64,000 nucleotides of DNA, taken from the NCBI RefSeq assembly GCF_009914755.1, contig NC_060932.1. One strand, written 5' to 3'. Position numbers and translations under genes: made by a program. Position 1 is the first letter of the stretch; the number at the start of each line of letters is the position of its first letter. Origin of the DNA: the human T2T-CHM13v2.0 reference genome, Homo sapiens. Below, piece by piece: positions 52,177-64,000 of the stretch. The notes under the pieces were generated by a model. That model did not search any database. It saw nothing but the letters and a program-made list of their open reading frames with translations, and had not been told where the DNA came from.

Positions 52177-52556
52177 TGTTACAGGCTGAATTGCTCTCCT
52201 TAAAATTTATGTTGAATATCTGACTCTCAGTGCTTCAGAATGTGACCATACTTAGACAAATGACTGTAAAGAGGTAATAAAGTTTAACATGAGGTCTCTA
52301 GAGGGAAGCCTAATCCAATATAATTAGTGTGTTTCTAAGAAGAGGAAATTTGGACATAGAGAGCAAGACACTAGAAATATATGTGTGCAGAAGAAAGACC
52401 ATGTGAAGACACAGCAATAAGACAGCCATCTTCAAGCCAAAGAGAAAGGTCTCAAAAGAAACAAAACCTACTGACACCTTGGTCTCAGACTTCTATCCTC
52501 AAGAACTGTAAGATATATATTTCTGTTGTGTAAGCCACCCAAGTTTGTGGCACTTT
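52177..52556 (+). mobile_element. MLT1B-like MaLR LTR
   Basis: tgttacaggctgaattg..cagaatgtgacc..cctaatccaata..aagaagaggaaatttggaca..catgtgaagacacag..ctgacaccttggtctcagacttc..taagccaccc. Confidence 0.85.
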
Positions 52557-53384
52557 AGTAATTTGCATTAATTTAGTGTGGTCATAGAACCTAACCGAGT
52601 TTTAATCCTAGGGAAGGTTTCTGTTGAGGGTGTTTTTCTTCCATCAAGCTGAAATGATTTATTTGAATTTGTCAGTATACCTAACTGGAAAAACTAGAAG
52701 ATACCTAAGGTTATAACTAAAATCTCATATGCATTTGTGATATTTTTCTTTTTGCATACAGTTGCTGCATTTTCTAACTCAAAGAATTAATATCCTTATG
52801 GGGAAAACGTAATATAATGGAATGTATAAAATTAGACTTATGCTAGATAGTATTAGAGGACACTATTAACCCCCTTATGTAAAATTATATATAAAGAAAT
52901 GAGAAATATTCATTCCATTTCTTAAATATCTCAATATCTTCTCAGAACCTTTTTGGCGGGGAAAAGACCTGTGCTACTTGTCTAACAGTAAGTATGCATT
53001 TAGAAGTACTAAAAAGAAAAAAAAAAGAGAAATTAGCTTTCAAAGGAGTATTTTTTAAATTATTAACAGTCAGAATTTTGTTGAAGTCCCTTATTTTATA
53101 TACTCCTTTTAAGTTGCACAGTGGTGGAGGGAAATCACAATTTTATGTGAATTATGGCTTCTAAAGTTCTGAAATAAGGCAGTCCAGGAAATACAATAAT
53201 CATAGAAAATAAATCATAAAGAGTGAACAATAACAAAAGCTGAGGAGCAATGGAGAAAAATGACACTGTATCATGTTCTCTCAGTGTATTTATGTGATTT
53301 TTGAACTAATTTCTTATTTTCTTATAATTGGCTAGCACTAGCTTAGCTGCCATAAGACGGCTGCTCACCTTATCTGTTAAGGAT

Positions 53385-54072
53385 GAATAATCAATATGGT
53401 AGCCTCCAGCCACTTGTAGGTTTTAATCATTTGAAATTAGCTAGTATAACTGAGAAACTGAATTTTTAATTTTATTTAATTATAATTAATCTTAATTTTA
53501 ATTTAGAAACAGGTAGTGAAAAATACTTTTCATTACACACAACTTTATTGTTTTATAGGCTACATTTTAACTGTTGCATCATATAAGATGTAGCTGTATT
53601 GTAGTGAAGATTTGGGAACATGCATCTTTCTAGTACTATATATTGATACTAAAATCTTTCTAGTACTATATATTGATATAACATTCCATGTATTTGTTTG
53701 AATATTTTATGAGAAAGCAATAATTACAGTGATACTGAAGTAAATCATAATTGCTAACAACCTATTTATTATATTAATTATAAGTTTTCTTCTAGTCTAT
53801 AAATAAACTATTCCCATAGAAAAAAATCAATGTTCAATATGAGATGTGCTATAAGTATAATGCCCTATAATTTCAAGACTTAATATGAAAAATAAAATGT
53901 AAAATATATTAGTAATATTTTATATAGATTATATGTTGAAATGTTAATATTTTTGCCATATTGCTTACATATAATTAAAATTATTTTTGCCTATTTCTTA
54001 AACTTTTACATGGCTACAAGAAAAATTAAATATTTATATATGTGTGTTATATCCTTTTTGGCTGGTGCTCTG
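53385..54072 (-). mobile_element. Charlie1-family (MER3/MER33-related) DNA transposon remnant
   Basis: aatatggtagcc..cagccacttgt..actgagaaactgaatttttaattttatttaatt; tgagatgtgctataagtataa..tatgttgaaatg..tggctacaagaaaa. Confidence 0.75.
53624..53678. repeat. 25-nt perfect direct repeat (period 30)
   Basis: atctttctagtactatatattgata at 53624-53648 and 53654-53678. Confidence 0.92.
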
Positions 54073-57000
54073 CAAAGGAGTCTAGAACCATGTGGAGGTT
54101 AATCAGAAGGTGAGGGATACCAAAGCTCTCCACGGGAATGATAAATGGGGATACTTCATATTACTGTGAAGCCTTGCTACCATGCAAACAACTTTTATGT
54201 TACTGACATTGGGAGTAGTAGATTCAGTACAAGAATTTTGGACCTAGAAAGAACTCACAGTCCTGAGATATTAAGTAATCTATTCAGGTTCACAGACTGA
54301 AGTCGGTATTCATATTTACTAACTTCTAATCCAGTGCTCTTTCCAGAACAATACTTGTATGAAGAAAAATTAATTCCTGGGAATCTCTATTTCACTCTGT
54401 TTTCCAATCTTAGCTTCTATGGCCATTTCCTGCTACTAAAACATCTGCTTTGAAAAAAAGCCCTTGTCACGTTGAAAAACTAGAAAAATTGTGTTCACTT
54501 GGAAATCTGACAGAGTATATGACCACAAAATCTGGAGTCTCATGTTAGTTATGAAAAATCTAAACAGTAATTGCTATATTTTCTGTAGGGAGGGAGGATA
54601 TTATCCAATGAAATAAGGTTATGTTCTTGTTAGTTTGATAATATGATGTTTTGATTTGAACTTTTTCAACAAACATGCACTGAGTATTATGAAATTATTA
54701 CCTTTCCCAATAAGGGTCTTATAATTCTTTCACCTCAAGCTGTTTTATAACTACAGATTCCTTCTTGAGTTTTTCAATAACAGCCGGTAGTACCTGAACT
54801 AATAAAAGGTTAAATAAACCTGTAATAGCAGATGGTATTATTATTTGTTTCACTAGTATACATACAGTAGCAATGAATAGACTCTGCTGATATCTCATAT
54901 GATTAATTTGTAATATATTTGTCTGTTAAATGTTTGACATAATTTAATGGGGATAATTTTTATTATAATATCTATTATATAGATACTTGTAATTAAGTGG
55001 TTGTTTTAAATTAACAAAATGATAAATAAGCACTTATATTAAGACTCAGAAAAGGTGTCTTGGAGTACAAGGTGGACCGCCCACCTTGTGCACAGCAGAA
55101 GTAGATCCCTACAAAATTTTCAGTTACAAGGAAGTGAAGCCTCTAGTGAAACTATCTAATATTCACTAGTTGGGTGCATCCCATCACTTTTAAGACTCAT
55201 GGGCTATCAAGAAACTTTTTATCTAGAAGCTTTCTTGAAAAGGGAAGGAGGAAGTGATATAAGCCCTGAAAGTTTGAACATTTATCCTAAGAAAGCTGAC
55301 TTTTATTCTAGAAGAGATTGGCAAATTTTAAGTTTATTCTCTTATCAGCAGGAATGTGGGAACAAACAAAATAGTTATGCAAAATGATCTATCATTTTAT
55401 CAGTTTAATAATTACCAAGTACTACATTTGAACCTAGTTTAAATTTTAGAAAATATTGTCCATATTATAACTAGTTATTGACAGATTATCTCCTATTTAT
55501 TGTAGTTGGTACATTTAAAGATAGTAATTGAAATAAAAATCATTAAGTTGTATGTGGATTTTTACAAATTCCATGAGATCATAACATGAGGCTATTATAA
55601 TTTGTCTTTGACTTTATAAGTACTCCAATAAAGAATAAATAAATATACAAACAAACCCATATTTACATGTATTGAACACTGTCTTAAAATTGCAAAGGTA
55701 AGCATTAAAGTTTTGGGGTTTTTAAGTAAGACTATCCATGATATTTTCTTTTTAATTATAAACCAGAGTCACTACAGTATCAATGCTATGAAGATTAATC
55801 CAACTCCCTAGAAAAAAATTGTATAAGGGATTCTCTAATCTTCAAAATCCTAAATCCTGTGACGATTTATTAAGTACACTCTTTTTTTCTTTATACTTTC
55901 CTGCTGTACTTTGACCCAAAGCTTATTATTTTCTGATTTTAAGTAATTATTTTTATCAGAATCTGAATTTAATGTTTCTACAACTACTCTTTTCTCATGA
56001 ATGATGTCCTCTAATAATTCTGGCAGTCTCAACATTAATACATATTGTTAACTCCTAATCAGAAAAAAGGATTATAAAACAGCTAAAAAAGATAAAGGAA
56101 ATAATCAACATGACTCCTAAAATTATACTTTATTTCTAAAACCTTATTTTATATATTAAAACTGTACCCCAATTCTAAACACAGTTATATGGATTAACTT
56201 TTAATTCATGAATTTTAAAATGTTAAGAAAGATAAAATGTTTTACTAGAAATTGTTATATTGGACTAGAGTTAAGCAAAAAAGTGTCACTAGCATTGTGT
56301 TTCCAATGTAGAATAGTTTGTTCAGCTTACCAGGGTATGTTTCACAGCAAAAATTTTATTTCAGGGAAATTTGAAGTAAAACAATATTTAGCCACTTTTC
56401 TATCAAATACACATACAACTAATGAACAGAAATTTGAGACAGGAGGTATATAAAAAGATTGCCAAATCTAAGGATTAGAATTATTTTGTTAAAAGTGTAG
56501 TCAAACTTTCATTTTCAATATTGCAATAACTAAAACTCCTTCTTTACATTTATAAACTTTCCCAGTATTATTGACTTAGATTTTAAATTAAATTAATGAA
56601 TTTTATAAAATAGGAAAAATATAATTTAAAATCGTTCTTGATTAATTTAATAAAAGGCCTTAAATCTTATACTGGCATGACTGTAAAATATTCATTTGTA
56701 TCACAGAATAAATGCTATCAGAAAATTTTTAATAATTGCTTTAGACAGACCAATGATTATTTAGATAGATCATTTTGATTATTAATGTTTGATTATTTTT
56801 GCTGTTTCTGTAGACATTGTACTAAAAAGAAGATGAGTCTCATAGACTGTCAGGTCCATAAAGCAAGAAGTAAAATAATTTTCTATGTTTTTGCTTCACA
56901 ACAAAAATTGTTTTAAAAAAGAATTTCCAAGTGAAAGTATTTATTTAGCATTGAAGGAAACTTGAAGAAAGATGATAATAATGTCAAAATCAAATACAAA

Positions 57001-57326
57001 GAAAAAAGTGCAAGATTAGAGATTATTCTCAAATACTACATACCAATGAAACTCAAAATTCTGTTCTCTTAAAACTCAGTAAATAAAAGTAGCTCTCTTA
57101 CTTCATAAGCTTAAAATAATGCAGTTGGCCTATGTATGAAAGCATGTTTTGAGATAATAATTTAAATATATTATTTATAATTTTCCCATAGCATATACTC
57201 AGTAAAAATTAAATAAAACCTACTATACTATGAAAATATATATATATTTATTGAATATTTCTGGAATTACACTAACGAAGTTCCATCTACAATCTTTACC
57301 ATAAAAGTAATCTACTCATCTATGTC

Positions 57327-57711
57327 TAATATGGTTTGGCTCTGTGTCCCCACTCAAATATCATCTTGAATTGTAATCCCCATGTGTTGAGGGAAAGACC
57401 TGTAATCCCGATATGTTAAGAGAGGGAAGTGATTGGATTATGAAGGCGGTTTCCCCCATGCTGTTCTGTTGATAGTGAGTGAATTCTCAGAAGAGCTGAT
57501 GGTTTTATAAATGGTAATTTTTTCGGCACTCACACATGCTCTTTCATGCCTGCCACCATGTAAAACATGCTTGCTTCCCCTTCTGTCATGAGTGTAAGTT
57601 TCCTGAGGCCTCCCCATCCATGCAGAACTGTGAGTCAATGAAACCTCTTTTCTTTATAAATCATCCAGTCTCTGGTGGTCCTTCATAGCAGTGTGGGAGC
57701 AGACTAATACA
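57327..57711 (+). mobile_element. THE1D-like solo LTR
   Basis: taatatggtttggctctgtgtcccc..gtaagtttcctgaggcctcccc..gactaataca; 5-bp TSD atgtc (57322-57326 / 57712-57716). Confidence 0.9.
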
Positions 57712-58390
57712 ATGTCCAACATCCCTTTGATAATACAGTTCATCTAAATTGTCTGAACCAAAAGTTATTGGTCTTCTCTTTTCATGTCACACTCCTCCAC
57801 CCTATCCTTAGAATCATAAATACAACTCATATTGAGAGTTATAACATTAGAGTAGGGGTTCATGACTAGAATGGTGGGATATATGATTCCCTGTATTTTA
57901 TTAACAACGGATATGGTGAAGGTACAACAAGAAAGAAAAACAAAGATAGAAAAAATATATCATTGAACATATTAGTGAAAGCAAAGATTAGAATACCATC
58001 TCTCTTTACAGAAATTTGCTTTGATCCTGTGCTCTATTTTTAAGCCTGGACTATATTTATGATTTCAGAAAATCTGTTATAGAAAAAAAAATTGTTTCTC
58101 AGTTTTACTTACAAACTAGCCTATTTTAAAAATCAGTTCCAAGAAAAAGTGTTTTTCCCTTGAGAAACGTGGGCATCCTCATTTGTGATAGTGAGAAATA
58201 TAAAGCCTAGTGTTTTATCTTTTTAACTGTAGCTCCTGGATTCAAATTTTATGTTTCATCACAATATTTAAACTATTCATTTTTCATAGTTAGAATGTGT
58301 GCTTTCTCATCTGTTCCATATGTTATTATCTCTTTCCAGTGAAGACTCTTTATTTACTTAATGTCTTACTTATACTATAAGAAATCTTTA

Positions 58391-58431
58391 GAGAACAAAT
58401 GAGATCGGGCGAGTTAAGGGTGGTATGGCTA
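58391..58431 (-). pseudogene. 5S rRNA 5'-end fragment (about 40 nt)
   Basis: Minus strand GCCATACCACCCTTAACTCGCCCGATCTCATTTGTTCTC vs 5S GCCATACCACCCTGAACGCGCCCGATCTCGTCTGATCTC. Confidence 0.85.
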
Positions 58432-58439
58432 TCCATTGA

Positions 58440-59490
58440 GGTGGTTTGATTATAAATATCAAAACTCAAATCTGACTAGAGGTAAAAGGGAAATAATTAT
58501 AAGGTCATGGTGGGGGCTTCCAGAGCCAAAGGGAAATCTACAAAAGCAGAAACCTAAAAGGACAGGAACCAGGGCGTTTGGAGGATCTAGATAGCTAATC
58601 TTCAGGAAACTGAAGGATCCACTGGCTCCAACCATTTTTCTTCTGCTCTTTAACCACTGGGCTCAAGAGCCTGGGGAGCGAGTCCATTGTTTATGTAGTG
58701 GATTGATATTCAGTATCCATTCTGCCCTCATTCTAGAGCCCCTTCAGTCATTGTTAAGGCTAGAAAGCTAAACACTATATTCCATAGTATAGTTTGCAGA
58801 CAGTGTTCCAGAAGGTACTTAAAAATATTCAGCTAGTCACATGTGTTTGTGTGAGGTCAGAAGGGCAGAAGTGAGGTGGAGGCCACATTTGTGTTACTTC
58901 TGCAATTTCTGGTGCAGAACATAGATTGCAAGGTTGTTGATTTTTCTGCAACAGCTTTAGCTGAAATCCCAGTAGCTAGCCACTTATCAGATACTGAGAG
59001 GATGGCATGGGTCATCCATTTTGTTGGTGCAGTCCCAGCAGGCATGTCGTGTCTCTGGAGCCAACAATTGTGGCCATGGTTTCTAACCTGTTAGTCACAG
59101 CTAACGTTCCTATTTCTGGTACCAGTGGTTACAGCAACAATCAGAAGTTGGCACTGTGGTTCCCACTTCCTTGGCTTTCTGATGTTAACAGTTCTCTTTG
59201 CAGACTATTATTTGTTATATAACAATTATTTGTTCTGCAAATAATTAGTGGAGACTCCATTCTCTGTAATAAATCCCCTTCTGCTTAAACAGGTAAACAG
59301 TTCCATTTTAGTCCAACTGGCCATCATGCCTCATATGCCTACCGCTTGGTGGGGCTGATTGGCAGCCCCACCAAGATTGCACACACAATGGAAGAGGGAT
59401 AATTCCCCCAGAAGAAAATGAGATGCCCTTATCAAGAAAAAATTAAAAAGGGATGACTGGTTGTGGGTGGCAGAAAATAACAACCAACCA
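58440..59490. mobile_element. MLT1K-like LTR split by an LTR33/LTR50-like ERVL LTR (about 58694-59320)
   Basis: aggctagaaagctaaacacta..gcagaagtgaggtggaggcca..aataaatccccttctgcttaaa; flanks ggaaccagggc and gcagccccaccaaga..aattcccccagaagaaaat. Confidence 0.5.
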
Positions 59491-62400
59491 TCCTGTAAAT
59501 GAATACAAAGATAATTAATCATCATTTTCAGGGTATCTTGTAAGCCCATTACACAAAGCAAAGTTTTCTGAAGTCCTGAAATATTACAACACATTATGAA
59601 AGCTTAACTACCCCCAAGGGAAGGAGTCAGGGAATGTTTCAGAGACATCTGATCTCAGTCTTAAGACTCAAAGAAATATGAAGGTCTTTCTAGGTAGTGG
59701 GAAATTAATGACTTAATTTGTACTCTGTGTCTGTATGTGTGTGTGCACACGTGCTCATGCACATGTGTGTTGAGTATCTAAATAAAGATTGAAGAGTCAA
59801 AAAAAGAAGAAGTCTTAATACCTTTTAATTTACAAAACAATAATATGTCTGGCTACTGTGACTCTGTTTGATAAAAGAAAAACCAATGCTCAGAGAACTC
59901 AGCAATTAGTATCTTTATGATTCAATTCTAACCTTCTGATCCTATTCTTTACTTAATATACTATGCTGCATCCCCCAAAATCTTATTTACCTTTGTTCAG
60001 TAACTGTACACAGGTATTTATGTAAAAACTTCCCAAATATAAAAAATGGATGAACTATGCCAAAGTTACTTGTTTTTGACTGAAACAATGGGCATCTAAA
60101 ATGCCAGAAGTCTCTGTGTAATTAAGGTATATGAAAGGGCATTTTCGATATGGTTTGAAAGTTCTGTCCAATAAATATGCTTTTCTTTCAATAGAAGATG
60201 CCCAGTTGATCCCAAAATGATCATAGCCTATTTGAGAATCTATGTAAAATATCATTATCTTTCATAACTTTTAAATATTGTGTGTTGCTATTAATATATC
60301 TTTATTTCATGAAAAATAAATTTCTGTAAAATATTTGCCTGCATAAGAAGAATCACATACAAAAAATTTTGGAAGAAAATATAAAAATCAAATTGTGATT
60401 AAAATGTAAGGAATTTAGAGGCTTGAATCAAGAATATAAAATTACTCATATATTTACATATTTAAAATTGATTAAATACTGCAATGCCTAAACTTACATG
60501 ATAAATACAATTATATGAATGCCTATAGCTATGGTATTTATGATTGCACATTGAAAGAGAAATGCTGAATGTTGAATAATTTTAAAAATGAGATATTTCA
60601 TACTTGTATTATTGAGCCTTATGAAATAAAAATACTTTTAATTAAAATCTTCTATAGGTAAGATTTTCTTTCTTGGACAATTGAGTGTTATCTAAAACTC
60701 CCCTTCCAATTTAAAAAATAAGTAAATATGACAATGTATTCATCGAAATGGAAAAGAATAGAGTTTAGTTTATACTAATGACCAAGTGACAATAATATAG
60801 AGTTTTCAAAAAATAAGTAAGAGGACTTCCAAACACCACAATTAAAGAAAAGTTTTACTATTTAGGTGAGAAGTAGCACAATCCAAGTTCTCATTAATAG
60901 AGGGTTAATGGAACTTGAATGGAGGAACAATAGTTTAAAACAAAGACAAATATAATGACATAATATTGAAGTGAATTTGTGGGGGCAGAGTTAAAAACTA
61001 AATAACTTTTTTTTTTAATCAAAGAAGAGACAGTAATAAATTATTTAAGTAAGAGATTTCTATTATAGGTAAACTAGGAAGGCAAAAGATGTTTTATTTT
61101 AAATACGAGTGGGCATATTCAATACAGGAGCTCAGAGTGAGAATGTATTTTACGTATTAAAGGCTTTCTATTTAAACCACATTTTTAATACTTTTGAATT
61201 GATATAGAACTATGCTTTTTAGCATGCTATTCTCAGTCTCTACTTAATCCTATTTAAAATTATAATATCTAAAGCATTCAGGAAGCTAGCATATAACATA
61301 ACTTAAAGGTGGTTATATTTGGGAAAGCACAGCAGTGTGTGTCTATGTACCTACTCCATCAATTATGGAACACACTATAAAAAATAGCTAATGGCATTCA
61401 ATGAACCCACTAGTAGTTTGCAGTTAATTTTCATGGTATTTAATAAAGGATAGAGATTAAATAGAAACGTTATGAGTAAAATATTCAGTCTTTGGAAACC
61501 TGCAGATTCCTAAAAATATTAAATAATTATAGGTAAATCAATAATAGTTACTGAGTACTCGGTAAATATATGAGTTATTTAGAAACTGAGCTGCATGGAG
61601 ACTTAGTTTTGACTTTTGTATAATATATTACACAAAATTTTCAATCTTGAATTAGTTTTAATGTAGACACCACTAAAATGAAATAGTAGCATGGAACAAT
61701 GTAAAAAGCATCGTTACCATTTCATGATAGGGCATGTATTTTGGCATGACAGAATTATGATTTTGCAGCCATTTAAGTTATCTTAGTACACATATATTTT
61801 TTAATTTAAATTTCTTCATTATGATTTCAAGATTTACTTCTCAATTGAATGTATGCTGTTGAGGTAGAATATTATTTTAAGGTAATGCAATCAGAAAAAG
61901 CAAGCCTAAATTAGGAAAGTTTTAAAAGAATAATATGCAAAGGCATATTTTTATAATAAAACTTTCCCTTAATCTTATTATAAAATCAAAGCTTCAATTT
62001 TCTTAACCACTGCATTTCCTCTGTTATATCGATATAAATCCCATCCCTCTTTTGAGTCCCTTTTCCTGCAGCAAATAGAAATAAGTTGTACCTCATAAAA
62101 CACATCTTTTCCATTTTACTACAGTGATGCTACTTTTCAGTGCCGAAAACGCATAATGCTTGAAAACCACAATTCCAATCTTAAAAATACTGCAAAAGTC
62201 AATTAAAGACCAATGAGTAGCATGCTGAAATTTATAAGTAAGTACACAAATCGACTGGTAGCTTTGTGCCATTGTCTTATAGTGCAAAACAACCCTATCT
62301 GAAGGTACCAGCTCCATGAAATCATATTGCACAAAACAAATGAAATATCGCTTAATATTTGAGGTAGGAGATCTATTTTTTTGCTCCAGTTTCTACATAT

Positions 62401-63997
62401 AAATATAAAATATATGCTACTTTATTTCTGTTTAGAAAAATAATAGAAGCCATTTGACCAGAAGATTCCATGAATCTAGTAGAAAAGATCACAGGAATCG
62501 AAGAGGATTGATTTTTGAATTTCTGCCATGCCATTGGCCTTAACTAATTGTAGAAAGGAATCAGAGCCACAGAGTTAGGTGGATGAAAAACTCCACAAGT
62601 AAAAGGGTCAACCTAGAGATAAAGAAGCTTCACAATATCTTATTTTCAATAAAATAGTCCTCTAAAGTACACAAACTTTTAGAAATTGAAATTGGGAACA
62701 GGATAAAATATTTTTGCAAATTTAAAAGTGACATTGCCTTAAACTGTTTAAGATTCAAGTTACCATGCCTAAACAGCTATTTTTAATAAAATATGTGAAA
62801 ATAAATTTTTCTATGAAAGTTTATTTTTGAACTCTAAAGATTTAGTGTTTTGTGATGGCTAATATTTTCTATTATGATACATGTTAACACATTGCATAGT
62901 TTTAAAAGCATATTTGCATTTATGTTTCCATTCCAATTAACTACTTTAGAAATGATCATTATTGCAGATTTTCTACGTGGACTTTGTCGAAAATCTTGAT
63001 TTTAAGTTACTTTCCTAAGAATTTTTATTACAGTGATACTCAGTGCACTATTACGAAAGTCAAATTACAAATCACATCAAGCTGTTGCAGTTTTTGAGAG
63101 AAATCTTATTAATAGAACAGCTTCAGAGAGGTTACTGGTTTTCAAAATACAAATTAATTGTTGAATTTTGTATTCCAAAGAACAATATATGATTTAATGC
63201 CATTTTGAGTACTAAATATAAGCTTCCTAAAGTCATCATATTAAATTTTCGAAGTGCTTAGGACTGAAGACTACTAAAGGGGAAAGCATTAAAAAAAACA
63301 AAAAACACAGATAAATGGAAGAATGTAACTGTGGCAATGCTTACTATTCCCTGAAAAGTAGCTGATACACTACTGAGAATGAAATGAATTATTTACATAA
63401 GTAGTCTGAAGATAAAGTACACTAAGCTCACATAGTATTACAGAACATTGTAGAAGCTACATTTTCATTAGTACTCCATCTTCATAATAATCTTGTTCCA
63501 AAGAGTTTTTCAAGTTAATGCATCAAATATTATATCCTATGTATTGAAAATTATTTATGTTAACACAATTGGTAGATAAAACTCCTAACAAGGTTAATTA
63601 AACTAGCAGTAACAAACATGCTGCATATGGAGGTGAGTTTCGATTGAGAAAGAGCGTACATGCAACTGAAGGTTTTCTGCAGTGATTTGCGGTACAACTT
63701 CAGATAGTATATCCAATTGCTGAAGCACTTTATTAAAGAAAAATATTGCATCTGCTACATACTACCTTTTAGAAATCATAATATTCATTATTCTGAATAT
63801 TATACTATAAAATCAACTAACTTTAATACTGTAATTTAGTTATGATCACATTATTGTCTCAGCAACAGCATGACCATTTTTTTCAATACAAATTCCAATT
63901 TCTAAATGCTAAAGACATTTTTCTATCACAAAACATAGTTGTGTACACCAAAATTATTTTACATATCAAAAGAGGCAAAGGTATTCCATAAGTATAC

Positions 63998-64000
63998 CTT
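63998..64000 (-). CDS. CSMD3: Possible last 3 nt of the upstream CSMD3 exon (...CAA G|gtatac)
   Basis: Minus strand at the window end reads AAG|GTATAC. This fits an exon ending in Gln codon (C)AA plus G (phase 1), as needed to join GT TCT of the 312-nt exon. Only 3 exonic nt are visible. Confidence 0.35.

Overview
AT-rich, CpG-depleted primate (very likely human) genomic DNA containing AluS/AluY, L1M, L2, MIR, MaLR/ERV LTRs and MER DNA transposons. The one confidently coding segment is a 312-nt, phase 1-1 minus-strand exon (20764-21075). Its translation (GSSTLTHTTS...ELAVVTHR) is what I recognise from memory as the Ser/Thr-rich insert after CUB2 of CSMD3 (commonly exon 7). The window is therefore essentially the two large introns flanking this exon, and the last 3 nt may be the end of the preceding exon. 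No prokaryote-type system (CRISPR, operon) is present, and the other listed ORFs look like noise. The best lead is a previously unfamiliar (to me) 60-nt sense-strand cassette-exon candidate at 6763-6822, with good splice sites, frame preservation and a Cys-rich peptide (AYHNCKTCYAKHCRCICCYL). A weaker 42-nt candidate lies at 3433-3474. Together they suggest a modular, alternatively spliced linker in the CSMD3 ectodomain. Repeat family names come from recognising consensus motifs by eye, and boundaries of old repeats are approximate.
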